Source: Saprospiraceae bacterium
GTDB taxonomy: Bacteria; Bacteroidota; Bacteroidia; Chitinophagales; Saprospiraceae
Assembly (NCBI GenBank): GCA_016714025.1
Contig: JADJOB010000001.1
Span: forward strand, 405,197-469,196
Length of the DNA stretch: 64,000 nt
Direction: 5' to 3'
Positions 48,080-56,563 of this stretch are shown piece by piece. Numbering within the stretch: position 1 is the first letter of the stretch; the number at the start of each line of letters is the position of its first letter. The notes below the pieces were generated by a model. That model ran no database searches. It was not told where the DNA came from and saw only the letters and a list, made by a program, of their open reading frames with translations. The position numbers and the translations under genes are program-made.

Positions 48080-48795
48080 TCGCATCCACCTTCTCCCTTG
48101 TATTCCTCGTAGGATTTTTCATCTACCTGATTTACAAGTACAATAAAAACATGATTCGAAAAAACAATGAGATGTTTAAAGCGGTCATTGATGCTGGTGA
48201 ACGGGAGAAACTGGAGTTATCCAGAAACCTGCACGACCAGGTCATTCCTTTGATTGCAATTTCTAAATTGCAAGTGGAGTCTTTTGATTATCCGGAATCC
48301 GTGGAGTCGGAAGAACATAAAAAAGAGCTGACGGGTATTTTGGCACAGTCCATTTCTGAAATTCGTGGAATCTGTCACAGCAACTCTCCCATCTTGTTTA
48401 AGGATTTGGGGTTAAAAAAGTCTCTACAAAATTTCTTCAAACAAATGGCTTCAGTCGAATCCGCTCCGAAAATTGATTTTCAGTTTGACGATAACATCCA
48501 TATTTCAGATGACAACGGCTTATCTGTTTACAGGATATTACTCGAACTATTCAATAACTCTCTAAAATATGCCCGCTGTAAAAACATTAAGATCTCGAGT
48601 CAGCTGGGGCCCAAAAAAGAAATTATAATCCATTTTTCGGATGATGGGATGGGCACAGATGTGCTAAAACCAGGTCATGGCATGTTGAGTATTAAATCCA
48701 GAGTCACCCTGTTGGAAGGGGAAGTACAATTTAAAAGTAAAATGCAGGAAGGCTTCCAATGTATGATTAAATTGCCATCTAAATTACTGATATGA
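48046..48795 (+). CDS. sensor histidine kinase, HisKA_3 class, single TM
   Basis: 249 aa with one TM helix. It has the H-box 'LSRNLHDQV', the N-box 'ELFNNSLKYA' and the G-box 'SDDGMG'. Its stop overlaps the regulator start (ATGA). Confidence 0.85.
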   Translation: MSSQESLLYPIIASTFSLVFLVGFFIYLIYKYNKNMIRKNNEMFKAVIDAGEREKLELSRNLHDQVIPLIAISKLQVESFDYPESVESEEHKKELTGILAQSISEIRGICHSNSPILFKDLGLKKSLQNFFKQMASVESAPKIDFQFDDNIHISDDNGLSVYRILLELFNNSLKYARCKNIKISSQLGPKKEIIIHFSDDGMGTDVLKPGHGMLSIKSRVTLLEGEVQFKSKMQEGFQCMIKLPSKLLI

Positions 48796-49460
48796 GTGAA
48801 CAGAAAATCAACATTCTGATTTGTGATGATCATACCATCTTCCGGACCGGTATGAAAAACATCGTCCGCAAATTACCCGTTACAGATCATATCTATGAGG
48901 CTTCCAATGGAAATGAAGCCATTGCAGTAGCAGAAACCAATAAAGTTGATCTAATCCTTTTAGACATCGAAATGCCTTATCTCAATGGCGTAGATACAGC
49001 TAAATATTTCAAAAAAAATCATCCCGAGATTCGCATCATCATGATTTCCTTTCACAATGACAAGGAATTGTTTTTACAACTTTATAAAATAGGCGTCGAA
49101 GGATATTTAGTAAAAAATACTTCGCTGGAAGATTTAAAACGAGGCATCGTACATGTGTTGGAAGGCAATCAGTTCTTCTCTGCAGAGTTAGGCGCCACCG
49201 TCATCCACGGATTAATCAATGAAAAATTACAAACTCCTAAAGATCCACTAGAACTCTTATCTGAACGGGAAGTAGAAATCCTTTTACTCATTTGTCAACA
49301 ACTTACTACCGACGAAATCGCTGCACAACTTTTCATCTCTCCTCTTACAGTCAAAAGACACCGCCAAAACTTATTGGATAAAACCAATTCCAAAAACATC
49401 GTTGGACTAATTTTATATGCAATCCGTAATGATTTGCTGGATGCAGCCACGATTAAATAG
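48792..49460 (+). CDS. LuxR/NarL-family two-component response regulator
   Basis: 222 aa. It has a receiver domain ('ILICDDH', 'LILLDIEMP') and a LuxR HTH ('LSEREVEILLLICQQLTTDEIAAQLFISPLTVKRH'). Confidence 0.92.
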   Translation: MSEQKINILICDDHTIFRTGMKNIVRKLPVTDHIYEASNGNEAIAVAETNKVDLILLDIEMPYLNGVDTAKYFKKNHPEIRIIMISFHNDKELFLQLYKIGVEGYLVKNTSLEDLKRGIVHVLEGNQFFSAELGATVIHGLINEKLQTPKDPLELLSEREVEILLLICQQLTTDEIAAQLFISPLTVKRHRQNLLDKTNSKNIVGLILYAIRNDLLDAATIK

Positions 49461-49477
49461 GATTTGGAAAGGAGGGA

Positions 49478-49549
49478 GGGCTGTTGGACTGTTGGGCTGT
49501 TAGACTGTTAGACTGTTAGACTGTTGGGCTGTTGGGCTGTTGGGCTGTT
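49478..49549. repeat. octamer tandem array (GGGCTGTT/AGACTGTT) x9
   Basis: Direct reading gives GGGCTGTT GGACTGTT GGGCTGTT AGACTGTT x3 GGGCTGTT x3. The array starts about 18 nt after the regulator stop. Confidence 0.9.
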
Positions 49550-49800
49550 GGGGAGGAGGGCTATTTGAATGTTGAGCATTTTTGAATTTTTAATTACTGA
49601 CTCCTTTCTGCTGACCACTGATTCCCTTGCTGGGCGTAGGCTTGGCCTACGTCAAATTTCAATCGAAGCATAATTAAGGAAATTTTCTATAAGAAGTGAG
49701 ACATGCATAGCTTTTAGCTATAGAGAAAATTTCTTGCTATGAATCATGTTTTAATGATCAAAATATAATTGGAATGCTGGGCATTTTTGAATTTGTACCA

Positions 49801-49849
49801 CTGACCCCTAACTACTGACCCCTGACCCCTGACTGCTAACTGCTAAAAA
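49801..49849. repeat. heptamer tandem array (CTGACCC/CTAACTG) x7
   Basis: Direct reading gives CTGACCC CTAACTA CTGACCC CTGACCC CTGACTG CTAACTG CTAAAAA. Confidence 0.9.
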
Positions 49850-49877
49850 AAAACCCGGAGTCAATGACCCCGGGTTT
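49845..49877 (-). terminator. intrinsic terminator of the 628-aa T9SS cargo gene
   Basis: The stem is aaacccgg / ccgggttt. On the minus strand it is followed by T9. It lies about 27 nt downstream of the stop at 49904. Confidence 0.75.
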
Positions 49878-49903
49878 AGTATCAATCAATGATTGATAAA
49901 TTA

Positions 49904-51790
49904 TTATTTTACAACTGTAAATTGTTTTGTACTGGTTCCTTCATTGGTAGAAACACGGATCAAATAAGAACCTGCATTTAATGCAGATGTACTGATTTTA
50001 AATACATCTTTAGTTACTTGTTTGTGTGATTCAAAATTCAGGATTTTTCCATTGATATCTGCAATGGTTAAGTTAGCATCTGTTGGGTTAGAGAAATTCA
50101 AACCAACATTCAGGTTGTCATTAACAACTGGATTTGGATATAAACTCATTACATTGTCAGCCAATGGTTTTTCGTCAGTTTTAGTAACAAACTCAAGGAT
50201 TAATTCCAAAATCGGAGTATTAACTCCCTGGAATCCATTGAACCATTCGCCAGCCTGGTCAATTACAAACGTTGAAAATGGTTGAGAGTTATATGATTTT
50301 TCATTGCTGATTGAGTGGAATGTTGGTACTGCGCCTGTTGGAGTTGCAGGGTGATCCACACCAATGAAATAACGAGAACTCTTTTGTAATAAAATTCCAT
50401 TATCACCTGTATTGAAATCGGTAAGATCCACAGTGATTGGGTCGTAATTTTTCTCAGTAGTACCGCTAAATGCTTCAGCAGATAAAATATCTACAGAAGG
50501 TGAAGCGATTCCGCCTGATCCATCAAAATTGGTGAATCCACCATCTACATCGTCTTTAACTTTCATTAAATAGATAGAAACTGCATATCCATCAAGCGTT
50601 CCCCCTTGATTGGTTACCATACTGAATCTGGCTTGTTTTGCAAACCATTTATCATTGTCATTCCAACAATCTGAAGTGCGGTATTGGTTACCAAAAACAT
50701 AAGCAGCACCACCACCTGCACGAACACCACTGGTTGCTCTTGGAGCTTTAGCAAACTCATTTAAGGAAATCTCAAAAGAGTCAACACGGGTATTGTCGTT
50801 TCTGTTAAAATCAGCAGTAGTTGCATCTTTACTGTAAACAGACCAACGGAGGAAATATTTACCGAAGTCTAAATTGTTTGGTACAAATAAATTAGCTACA
50901 TTAAATGCAGTGTCATCATCTGTAGTTTCCAAACGATCAATGATAACTGAATCTGCAAAAACAACTGTTTTGCGATCAATACCAATAACCTCTCCTTTTA
51001 AAACCACATTGGTTTGTGCTTTTCCACCTTTGTTATTAAGGTTTGCCTGAAATAAAAAGCTGTCTGTACAAATCATTGCTTTTGGCTGTCTGTAAGCAGC
51101 TGGTGTATAAAAATGACTGTTTAAAGCCAAGTCATAATCTGGTACTGAAACCAATTGAACATCATCTACAATCCAGAAATAATATTCGCCATCAAAACGA
51201 AAACGAAATTGAACAGTCGCTTGATTTGCTGCATCAGCAGAAATATCAATCAAAACACTATTGTTTGTAGTCGTTTCAGCATTGCTTGCGATATCCTGAT
51301 TTAACTGGTAACTATTCCAGTTTACACCACCGTCATTGGAAACATCTACAAAACAAGTAGAATTAAAATTCCGATAGTACTGATTAAACTTCAATGCAAC
51401 GCCGCCGAAAGCTGCGCAATTGATTACAGGGCTAGTTAATACACCTGAATGCAATGAAGGGCATTTGCCACCGCCAAAATTTCCGACAACTCCAGCATTA
51501 TCTAATAAATCGGAGTTGAAAACCATGGCTCCATTTGCTCTTGAAGGAGAGTTAATTGCACCTCTTGTACCATAATATGCGCCGCCTGCTGCAGATGCCG
51601 CAGCACTATAATACCAGCGTGCACTATCCGCTTTTGCAGGGTCGTCTGAACTTAAACCCTGGGTAGTCCAATCGTTAAATCCACCAGCAAACGTGGAATT
51701 TGGATCATTAGGTCCTCCCCATAAGATCTGGGAGTTTACCCAGCTTACGCTAAGTCCTAAGAAAAATAAAATTGTAAAAATTTTTTGCAT
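49904..51790 (-). CDS. secreted protein of unknown function with T9SS C-terminal sorting domain
   Basis: 628 aa with a signal peptide. The C-terminal tail is 'LYPNPVVNDNLNV...GSYLIRVSTNEGTSTKQFTVVK'. Confidence 0.75.
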   Translation of the reverse strand: MQKIFTILFFLGLSVSWVNSQILWGGPNDPNSTFAGGFNDWTTQGLSSDDPAKADSARWYYSAAASAAGGAYYGTRGAINSPSRANGAMVFNSDLLDNAGVVGNFGGGKCPSLHSGVLTSPVINCAAFGGVALKFNQYYRNFNSTCFVDVSNDGGVNWNSYQLNQDIASNAETTTNNSVLIDISADAANQATVQFRFRFDGEYYFWIVDDVQLVSVPDYDLALNSHFYTPAAYRQPKAMICTDSFLFQANLNNKGGKAQTNVVLKGEVIGIDRKTVVFADSVIIDRLETTDDDTAFNVANLFVPNNLDFGKYFLRWSVYSKDATTADFNRNDNTRVDSFEISLNEFAKAPRATSGVRAGGGAAYVFGNQYRTSDCWNDNDKWFAKQARFSMVTNQGGTLDGYAVSIYLMKVKDDVDGGFTNFDGSGGIASPSVDILSAEAFSGTTEKNYDPITVDLTDFNTGDNGILLQKSSRYFIGVDHPATPTGAVPTFHSISNEKSYNSQPFSTFVIDQAGEWFNGFQGVNTPILELILEFVTKTDEKPLADNVMSLYPNPVVNDNLNVGLNFSNPTDANLTIADINGKILNFESHKQVTKDVFKISTSALNAGSYLIRVSTNEGTSTKQFTVVK

Positions 51791-51876
51791 AAATTCTGAA
51801 AATTGATGATTGTGAATAAATTTTTTTCAAAAAAGCCCACAAATATATAAAACCGTATTATATAATTGGTCGATTT

Positions 51877-52872
51877 TTAGCAGATAATCTCCTCCAGTTC
51901 TTTTAATAATTCGTCTTTCCGAACTGGAATCACTCCCGACCGCTCACAGACCTGCCCTCCGCCGATATTACAGCACACTGCCATAAACTCATCAGATAAC
52001 GAATAAGCAGCGCAAATCGCTGCCAGGCTGATTACAGTATCTCCCGCTCCACTGACATCCGCCACTTTCCGGGGCCTCGTTTTGTAAATCTGTCCTTTAT
52101 TTTTTCCCTCAATCCAAATACCATCTGCGGCCAATGTAATCATCACTTTATCACACAACAACTTGTTTTTCAAGAATTTAGACAAATGGGGAAGGTCGTC
52201 GTGGTGCTTGGAGACCCATTCCGTGGCTTGTACAGCTTCCCGTAAATTAGGCTTAAATAAATGTACACCCTTGTAATCAAAAAAATGATTTTTTTTAGGA
52301 TCGACAACCACTTTGACCCCTTGTAAGCGCGCCATTTCAATGATTCGAGCGATCCAGTCCTTATTTAAAAATCCTTTATTGTAGTCCTGTAATATCAATA
52401 CTTTAACGTCCTGGTTTTTTAAAATTGAATACAAGGACTGTAAACAATGTTCCTGGATGTCTTTACCTATTTCTGCCTCGGTCTCCTGATCTACCCGTAC
52501 AATCTGGTGCTGGTCTGCTACAATTCGGGTTTTAACCGTGGTCGGCCTTTTGGGATCTTTTACTATGTACAATTGGTCACAGCAAATTTCTTTCAATAAA
52601 CGTTCTAGAATTAAGCCATCTGCATCTTCGCCACAAAGGCCCATCAAACTGGTTTTACAACCCATAGATTTTAAATTGGCTACAACATTAGAGGCACCTC
52701 CCAATTTATTCTCCGTTTCCTTCCACAAGACCACTGGTACCGGCGCCTCTGGTGAAATGCGGGTGGCTTGACCCCTCATGTAGCGATCGATCATAATATC
52801 CCCCAAAACTAAAATATGGAGGTCTTTATGGTCTTTTTGCATTTGACCGATTTCAATTTCAAACTTTTTCAA
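51877..52872 (-). CDS. PfkB-family sugar kinase, D-glycero-beta-D-manno-heptose-7-phosphate kinase-like (RfaE domain I)
   Basis: 331 aa with the PfkB motif 'DVSGAGDT' and an RfaE-I-like N-terminus 'ILVLGDIMIDRY'. It has a TTG start that overlaps the waaA stop. Confidence 0.75.
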   Translation of the reverse strand: MKKFEIEIGQMQKDHKDLHILVLGDIMIDRYMRGQATRISPEAPVPVVLWKETENKLGGASNVVANLKSMGCKTSLMGLCGEDADGLILERLLKEICCDQLYIVKDPKRPTTVKTRIVADQHQIVRVDQETEAEIGKDIQEHCLQSLYSILKNQDVKVLILQDYNKGFLNKDWIARIIEMARLQGVKVVVDPKKNHFFDYKGVHLFKPNLREAVQATEWVSKHHDDLPHLSKFLKNKLLCDKVMITLAADGIWIEGKNKGQIYKTRPRKVADVSGAGDTVISLAAICAAYSLSDEFMAVCCNIGGGQVCERSGVIPVRKDELLKELEEIIC

Positions 52873-54110
52873 ACCAGTTTATTTTCTTTCAAATAGTCAT
52901 AAATGCGTGTGCTGGCACCCAGATTTTCCACAAAATAAGCATCAAAATGGGTCTTGTCTTCATTTTTTTGCTGGGCCTGACTATGTAAAAATTTAACAAA
53001 ATCCCTGGATGAATTTATTACAAAACCCATTCCGCTTTTGATACTTTGGCCAGCCTCCGGAAACTTGTGAAATCTTGGTCCAAAACAAACTGGTATTTTA
53101 TAAATTAATGCTTCCAGAATATTGTGAATTCCAACTCCAAATCCACCTCCGATATAGGCAAATTGTGCAAAGCGATACAAAGCAGCTAAATACCCAATTT
53201 GATCCATTATGAGAACCGGAACTGCTGTTTTGGAATTCAGTTGACTGTATCGTATCGTTTGATTTGAAAAATTGGTTTCAATGGATTGAATACTTTCTTC
53301 ATCCGTTTTATGGGGAACTAAAATAATTTTCCATCCGGATTGAATGGATTCATAAACCCCCTCACGTAATATGCTTAAATCATGAGGCCAGATACTGCCA
53401 GCTATCCAAATTTTTTCTGATTCACTAAAAAAATGCAACCCAGGTATGGGTTTATTTTCCCGGGCAATTTGATCTACACGGTCCCATCTGGTATCTCCTG
53501 CAATTTGGATATTTGAAAATGATTGGTCCTTTAATAAATTATAGGTTTCTTGATTTTGTAAAAACAATTGATGGGCCGGCTTCAGTTTATTTAAAAGTGA
53601 AGTATTTAATGCATTTAATAAAAAATGATCCGGACGCAAAATCATGGACACAAAGCAAAATGGAATTTTTCTTTGATGAAGTACATCGAGACAATTAAAC
53701 CAAAAATCATACTTGACAAACAAAACCAATGTTGGATTTAAGCAAGCTATAAAATCACGAATTTCCCAATAACAATCTGATGGGAAATAACACACATAAT
53801 CTACCTTATCGTACTTTTTTTGTTTGTTATAACCCGATGGTGAAAAAAAACTCAATACAATCTGGTGTTCCGGATGTTTCAAACGAATGGACTCTAAAAG
53901 AACCCGACCCTGCTCAAACTCACCCAAAGATGCTACGTGCATCCAAATGCGTTTTGAATTTGGCAAGGGATTGATTTCTGTAAATTGAAGTAAATCGCGC
54001 TTCCAATTTTTTCGTCCTTCAACCCATTCCTTAGCATCTGTTCTAAACCAGGCTGCTATGCGCAGCACAAAAAAATAAACCGGAATCAGATGTCGATAAA
54101 GAAGGTACAC
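52869..54110 (-). CDS. waaA: 3-deoxy-D-manno-octulosonic acid (Kdo) transferase
   Basis: 413 aa. 'IWMHVASLGEFEQGRVL' is the Kdo-transferase N-domain motif, and the C-terminal half is GT-B-like. Confidence 0.85.
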   Translation of the reverse strand: MYLLYRHLIPVYFFVLRIAAWFRTDAKEWVEGRKNWKRDLLQFTEINPLPNSKRIWMHVASLGEFEQGRVLLESIRLKHPEHQIVLSFFSPSGYNKQKKYDKVDYVCYFPSDCYWEIRDFIACLNPTLVLFVKYDFWFNCLDVLHQRKIPFCFVSMILRPDHFLLNALNTSLLNKLKPAHQLFLQNQETYNLLKDQSFSNIQIAGDTRWDRVDQIARENKPIPGLHFFSESEKIWIAGSIWPHDLSILREGVYESIQSGWKIILVPHKTDEESIQSIETNFSNQTIRYSQLNSKTAVPVLIMDQIGYLAALYRFAQFAYIGGGFGVGIHNILEALIYKIPVCFGPRFHKFPEAGQSIKSGMGFVINSSRDFVKFLHSQAQQKNEDKTHFDAYFVENLGASTRIYDYLKENKLV

Positions 54111-54120
54111 GGAAGATGCA

Positions 54121-54215
54121 AATTAAGAAATAAGAATTAAAAATTACGGATTACGAATTACGGATTACGAATTTAGGATTAAGGATTATGGGAGCGTAAC
54201 GTACATCCCGCGTAC
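54121..54215. repeat. heptamer array x10 followed by a second copy of the conserved core
   Basis: The array reads AATTAAG AAATAAG AATTAAA AATTACG GATTACG AATTACG GATTACG AATTTAG GATTAAG GATTATG. It is followed by 'ggagcgtaacgtacatcccgcgtac', which is near-identical to the core at 45824-45849. Confidence 0.85.
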
Positions 54216-54260
54216 TCGGGGGATGAATTAAATGTATAAATTGTTGCTCCTGCATATAAA

Positions 54261-55019
54261 TTAATATTCAATTTCTTCACCGGTATTTCCTAAATAAAAT
54301 GGTAAATAAATACCCATTTTGAAATTGATTAAAAAATCATTTCGGTTGATGCCATATTCTGATTGATTGGTATCGTAATTTAATTTCCTTTGATTTTTTG
54401 TAAATCCAAAAACGGGGTCTATTCCACTGTAAAACGATAGCCAGTTTTTTCTTGAAATGTATTCATATCCTATAAATGGTATTATTGCAAATCCATTACT
54501 CAATCGATCCAAACCTTGCAGGTAATCGGTTGTGAATTGATTCAGTGCCCGCGCATCATCCACAAACCGAATGTGGTGTTGAATAAAACCTGCGCCTAAT
54601 TGCAGTTTTAAACTTTGGCGGGCCTTTTCCTGACTCCCGATGGAGACCAGTCCACCACAATACAGTTGCATAAAATACCCGCGCTCCCGAAGTTTTAGTT
54701 CACTTAAATACTGGTCTGAACCAATCAACAATCCTTCATAAGAAGTTTGAAATGGTTTAAGTACATTTTCATCTACCTGGCTGCCAAAAAAATAACTAAA
54801 CCTGGCGCCAAAATTTATCCAATTCCTGGCAGGTTGATAGGTCGCTCCGGCTCCGAGAACCAGATGATTCCCAAATCGTTCCGATAAATCTTGTAAAGGA
54901 AGCCCGATTCCATAATTAAAATCCAATAATAAAGCCGGCTTTTCCTGGGCAAACAGCTCACTGAATTGAAGCCACCATGCAAAGCAAAAAAATAGTATGA
55001 TCCGATTCATATCGCTCAA
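54261..55019 (-). CDS. hypothetical outer-membrane/secreted protein
   Basis: 252 aa with a signal peptide. Alternating aromatic/Gly-rich composition suggests a beta-barrel. No family recognised. Confidence 0.5.
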   Translation of the reverse strand: MSDMNRIILFFCFAWWLQFSELFAQEKPALLLDFNYGIGLPLQDLSERFGNHLVLGAGATYQPARNWINFGARFSYFFGSQVDENVLKPFQTSYEGLLIGSDQYLSELKLRERGYFMQLYCGGLVSIGSQEKARQSLKLQLGAGFIQHHIRFVDDARALNQFTTDYLQGLDRLSNGFAIIPFIGYEYISRKNWLSFYSGIDPVFGFTKNQRKLNYDTNQSEYGINRNDFLINFKMGIYLPFYLGNTGEEIEY

Positions 55020-55598
55020 AATTACCAGAAAAACGTTTAAAATGAGTTTAATGTGATTTAGAGTAAAGAGTGAAAATAATATGGAGAATAGCTTGGCCTA
55101 TGACCATGGACCAAAAGACCAAGTTCGATAAGCCATTTGTCAGTATCAACTGGTTGAATTCTCATTGAAACGCAGAGGCGCTAAAGTGTAATAGGAAGAC
55201 CCTGGACCAAGGATCATTAAAAAATAGCTCTTACCTATATTTTTAATGTGCAATCAACAATGTGCAAGGCGCAAAGGATTCGTGTACATTTGATTAATCA
55301 TCTCTCTCACAATTAATTGCGTTTATGCAAAAGCATTTAGAATAAAAATGCATTTATCCCGATCAGTCGTCCAGACCTGCAGACGTCCAGACCTTCATCC
55401 ACCCCATTAGAACCTAGGTATTCAACTTTCTACCCATTGAAAAATCAAGTAATTTTTAGACAATTTCTCGATTCAAATACCAGCTTTCATTATTTATAAT
55501 TTATTAATATTTAGGTTGATAAGTATATATAAAAAATAACATATATATTTTATTTATTGTATTCTTCATTGATTATCAACTATTTCATTCTGAATTTT

Positions 55599-55606
55599 TA
55601 TATTTG
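55599..55606 (+). promoter_or_regulatory. Bacteroidota -7 promoter box (TAnnTTTG)
   Basis: 'tatatttg' lies just upstream of the ATG at 55615, which implies a very short leader. Confidence 0.45.
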
Positions 55607-55614
55607 TGGCAGCT

Positions 55615-56559
55615 ATGGCTACAAAACGAATATTAATCACCGGAGCGGCAGGATTCATCGGTTCGCATCTTTCTGACCGTTTTATTAAAGAAGGCTATCA
55701 GGTTATCGGTATGGACAATTTGATAACCGGCAATCTGGCCAATATCGAACATTTGTTTCGCTTAAAGGAATTTGAATTTTATCATCACGATGTAAGCCGT
55801 TTTGTCCATGTGCCGGGTAAACTGGATTATATCCTGCATTTTGCATCGCCGGCCTCTCCAATCGATTATTTAAAAATGCCCATTCAGACCTTAAAAGTCG
55901 GTTCATTAGGGACTCATAATTTACTGGGTTTGGCAAAAGATAAAAAATCTCGTTTGCTGATAGCCTCTACTTCTGAAGTCTATGGTGACCCCTTGGTACA
56001 CCCACAACGGGAAGATTATTGGGGGAATGTAAATCCTATCGGACCGCGCGGCGTTTATGATGAAGCCAAACGATTTCAGGAAGCGATTACCATGGCTTAC
56101 CATCGTTACCACAATCTGGAAACGCGCATTGTTCGAATTTTCAATACCTACGGTCCTCGCATGCGGGTTGAAGATGGCAGAGTATTGCCCGCATTTTTTA
56201 GTCAGGCAATAAAAGGAAATGACTTGAGTGTTTTTGGCGATGGATCTCAAACGCGTTCGTTTTGTTTTGTTGATGATTTGGTTGAAGGAATTTATCGACT
56301 TCTATTAAGTGATTACAGTTATCCGGTAAATCTGGGAAATCCGGAAGAAATTACGGTCAAAGAATTTGCAGAAGAAATTTTAAAATTAGTTGAAGGCACA
56401 AAATCTAAGATCGCTTACCACCCCTTACCGGAAGATGATCCTAAACAAAGAAGACCGGATATCAGCATCGCACAAAAGGTATTGCAATGGGAACCCAAAG
56501 TAGGCCGGAAAGAAGGTTTAGCCATGACCTACGAATATTTTAAACAAGTTGTCGTTTAA
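55615..56559 (+). CDS. UDP-glucuronate decarboxylase (UDP-xylose synthase), SDR family
   Basis: It has '[14 protein letters not shown]' (Rossmann), 'YDEAKR' (YxxxK) and a UXS-like pattern throughout. The preferred ATG is at 55615; the tracked ORF starts at the GTG at 55606. Confidence 0.85.
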   Translation: MATKRILITGAAGFIGSHLSDRFIKEGYQVIGMDNLITGNLANIEHLFRLKEFEFYHHDVSRFVHVPGKLDYILHFASPASPIDYLKMPIQTLKVGSLGTHNLLGLAKDKKSRLLIASTSEVYGDPLVHPQREDYWGNVNPIGPRGVYDEAKRFQEAITMAYHRYHNLETRIVRIFNTYGPRMRVEDGRVLPAFFSQAIKGNDLSVFGDGSQTRSFCFVDDLVEGIYRLLLSDYSYPVNLGNPEEITVKEFAEEILKLVEGTKSKIAYHPLPEDDPKQRRPDISIAQKVLQWEPKVGRKEGLAMTYEYFKQVVV

Positions 56560-56563
56560 TTTC

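Noticed and set aside
49478-49549. Regular short repeats that superficially resemble a CRISPR array
   Set aside because: The units are only 8 nt, are directly abutting with no spacers, and no cas genes are nearby. This is a simple tandem (micro/minisatellite-like) array.
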